Source: Polyangiaceae bacterium (lineage in GTDB: Bacteria; Myxococcota_A; Polyangia; Polyangiales; Polyangiaceae). From it: a DNA stretch of 64,000 bases. The position numbers were made by a program, and so were the translations under genes. The notes below the pieces were generated by a model, which worked only from the letters and a program-made list of their open reading frames with translations, did no database searches and was not told the origin of the DNA. Of the stretch, positions 62,951 to 64,000 are shown piece after piece (the stretch's first letter is position 1; each line of letters begins with the position of its first letter). Location of the stretch: positions 53,214 through 117,213 of the forward strand of contig DATHES010000045.1 in NCBI GenBank assembly GCA_035318465.1. The letters are read 5' to 3'.

Positions 62951-64000
62951 ATGATCGACACCCTGACGCGACCTATTTGCTTCCATGTCCGTAAGAAGGC
63001 CTGCCTTGCCGTGGGCCTGCTCCTGATGTTGGGATGCGGTGAAAACAACCCCACGCTCATCGACGGCGCTGGCGGAGCGCCCGAGCAGGACGGGAGCGGA
63101 GGGGCCACGGGCGGAACGGGCAACGCCGGAGGCGAGGGAGGCGCGGGTGGTTCGGATGGCACCGACGCCGCCGCCGGAGCAAGCGGATCGGGCGGGGCCA
63201 CGGGGACCGTCGACGCGAGCGGAATCGATATCGACGACCTCTGCGCGACGCCGCCGGCGCCGAGTGCCCTGGTGGGATGGGCATCGGTCGACGCCATGGG
63301 ACAGAACGGGACCACGGGGGGCGGCAGCGTCGCCCCGATATGGGCCAACACGGAAGCGGCCTTCACGACCAGCGTGGCCGGCACGGCGCCGCGCGTGATC
63401 TACGTGACGGGAAAGCTCAGCGGATCGTTCGGCATCGGCTCCCACAAGACCATCGTGGGCCTTTGCGGAGCCGAGATTCACGGGCACCTCGAACTGTCGC
63501 ACTCCGTCAACGTCATCGTGCGAAACCTCACCGTGGTGGGGAACAATTGCACCGACAGCCCAGCCGACTGCAGCGCCGGCGCGGATGCGATCACGGTCTC
63601 CAACGCGGCGCACCACATCTGGTTCGATCACGATGACGTCTACGACGGCTCGGATGGGAACCTCGACATCACCAGCGGCTCCGATTTCGTCACCATTTCC
63701 TGGACCAAATTCCACTATTCGACGTTGCGCAGCGATCCGCTGGCCGGCAGCAGCGGTCACCGGTTCTCGAACTTGATCGGCTCCGCCGACGTCGTCCCGG
63801 CCGACGTGGGCCATCTCAATGTCACGTTCCATCACGACTGGTGGGCCGACAACGTCAACCAGCGAATGCCCCGCGATCGCAACGGCAAGATTCACGTGTT
63901 CAACAACTTGTACACGTCGGTCGGCAACAGCTACTGCACCAATGCCGGCTTTCAAGCCTCGTTGCTCGTCGAGAACAACGTTTACATCGGTGTGCGCAAT
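62951..64000 (+). CDS. pectate lyase (PL1 family) lipoprotein, 3' end outside window
   Basis: Not in the ORF track because there is no stop within the window. Hand translation from ATG 62951 gives the signal ...CLAVGLLLMLGC and a Gly-rich linker. PL1 motifs follow: VIVRNLTV, GADAITV, HHIWFDH, DGSDGNLDIT, VTISW and NQRMPRDRNGKIHVFNNLY. Confidence 0.88.
   Translation, partial: MIDTLTRPICFHVRKKACLAVGLLLMLGCGENNPTLIDGAGGAPEQDGSGGATGGTGNAGGEGGAGGSDGTDAAAGASGSGGATGTVDASGIDIDDLCATPPAPSALVGWASVDAMGQNGTTGGGSVAPIWANTEAAFTTSVAGTAPRVIYVTGKLSGSFGIGSHKTIVGLCGAEIHGHLELSHSVNVIVRNLTVVGNNCTDSPADCSAGADAITVSNAAHHIWFDHDDVYDGSDGNLDITSGSDFVTISWTKFHYSTLRSDPLAGSSGHRFSNLIGSADVVPADVGHLNVTFHHDWWADNVNQRMPRDRNGKIHVFNNLYTSVGNSYCTNAGFQASLLVENNVYIGVRN

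Overview
High-GC (roughly 70%) chromosomal segment, almost certainly from a myxobacterium. The evidence is three proteins ending in MYXO-CTERM-type sorting tags, a TIGR02265/DUF2378-like paralog, very many lipoprotein signals and a solitary mazF. I can support about 65 protein-coding genes. I saw no rRNA, tRNA, CRISPR array, transposase or integrase. The long Arg/Pro/Gly-rich ORFs in the track are mostly antisense or off-frame shadows typical of high-GC DNA, and I trimmed many track ORFs to starts that fit signal peptides, SD sequences or neighbouring genes.

Gene content falls into three groups:
- Housekeeping and stress: ftsH, nhaA, an MscS-family channel, dps-osmC, lemA-TPM-TPM, rhlE-csp, ribA, RidA, YjbQ, YbjQ, a VKOR-DsbA/TlpA disulfide module, and a REC-PAS-GGDEF-EAL protein.
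- Exported hydrolases: a matrixin, a 1100-aa HExxH protease, a GH25 muramidase, a pectin acetylesterase, a pectinesterase, a pectate lyase and an esterase.
- Small detoxification folds: two GFA, two VOC, one GST.

The most interesting locus is 46.5-52.4 kb. It is an all-exported cluster containing:
- a PHM/DBH-like copper monooxygenase lipoprotein;
- a Tat-signal amidohydrolase;
- a PSCyt1-like lipoprotein with a CxxxxCH motif;
- a quinoprotein-like beta-propeller lipoprotein;
- a GntR/FadR-type regulator.
A near-identical 22-nt palindromic motif, embedded in two promoter-like sequences, ties the two gene blocks together. I regard this as a candidate uncharacterised periplasmic oxidation or peptide-modification system.

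Other points worth a second look:
- a 615-bp non-coding gap with a GATA(R)-core tandem array;
- a structured leader upstream of nhaA;
- an orphan mazF next to a triple direct repeat;
- a 58-aa ORF below the track cutoff;
- a Cys-rich 4-module protein between the pectinesterase and pectate lyase genes.

All family assignments come from motif recognition by eye. No database search was run.
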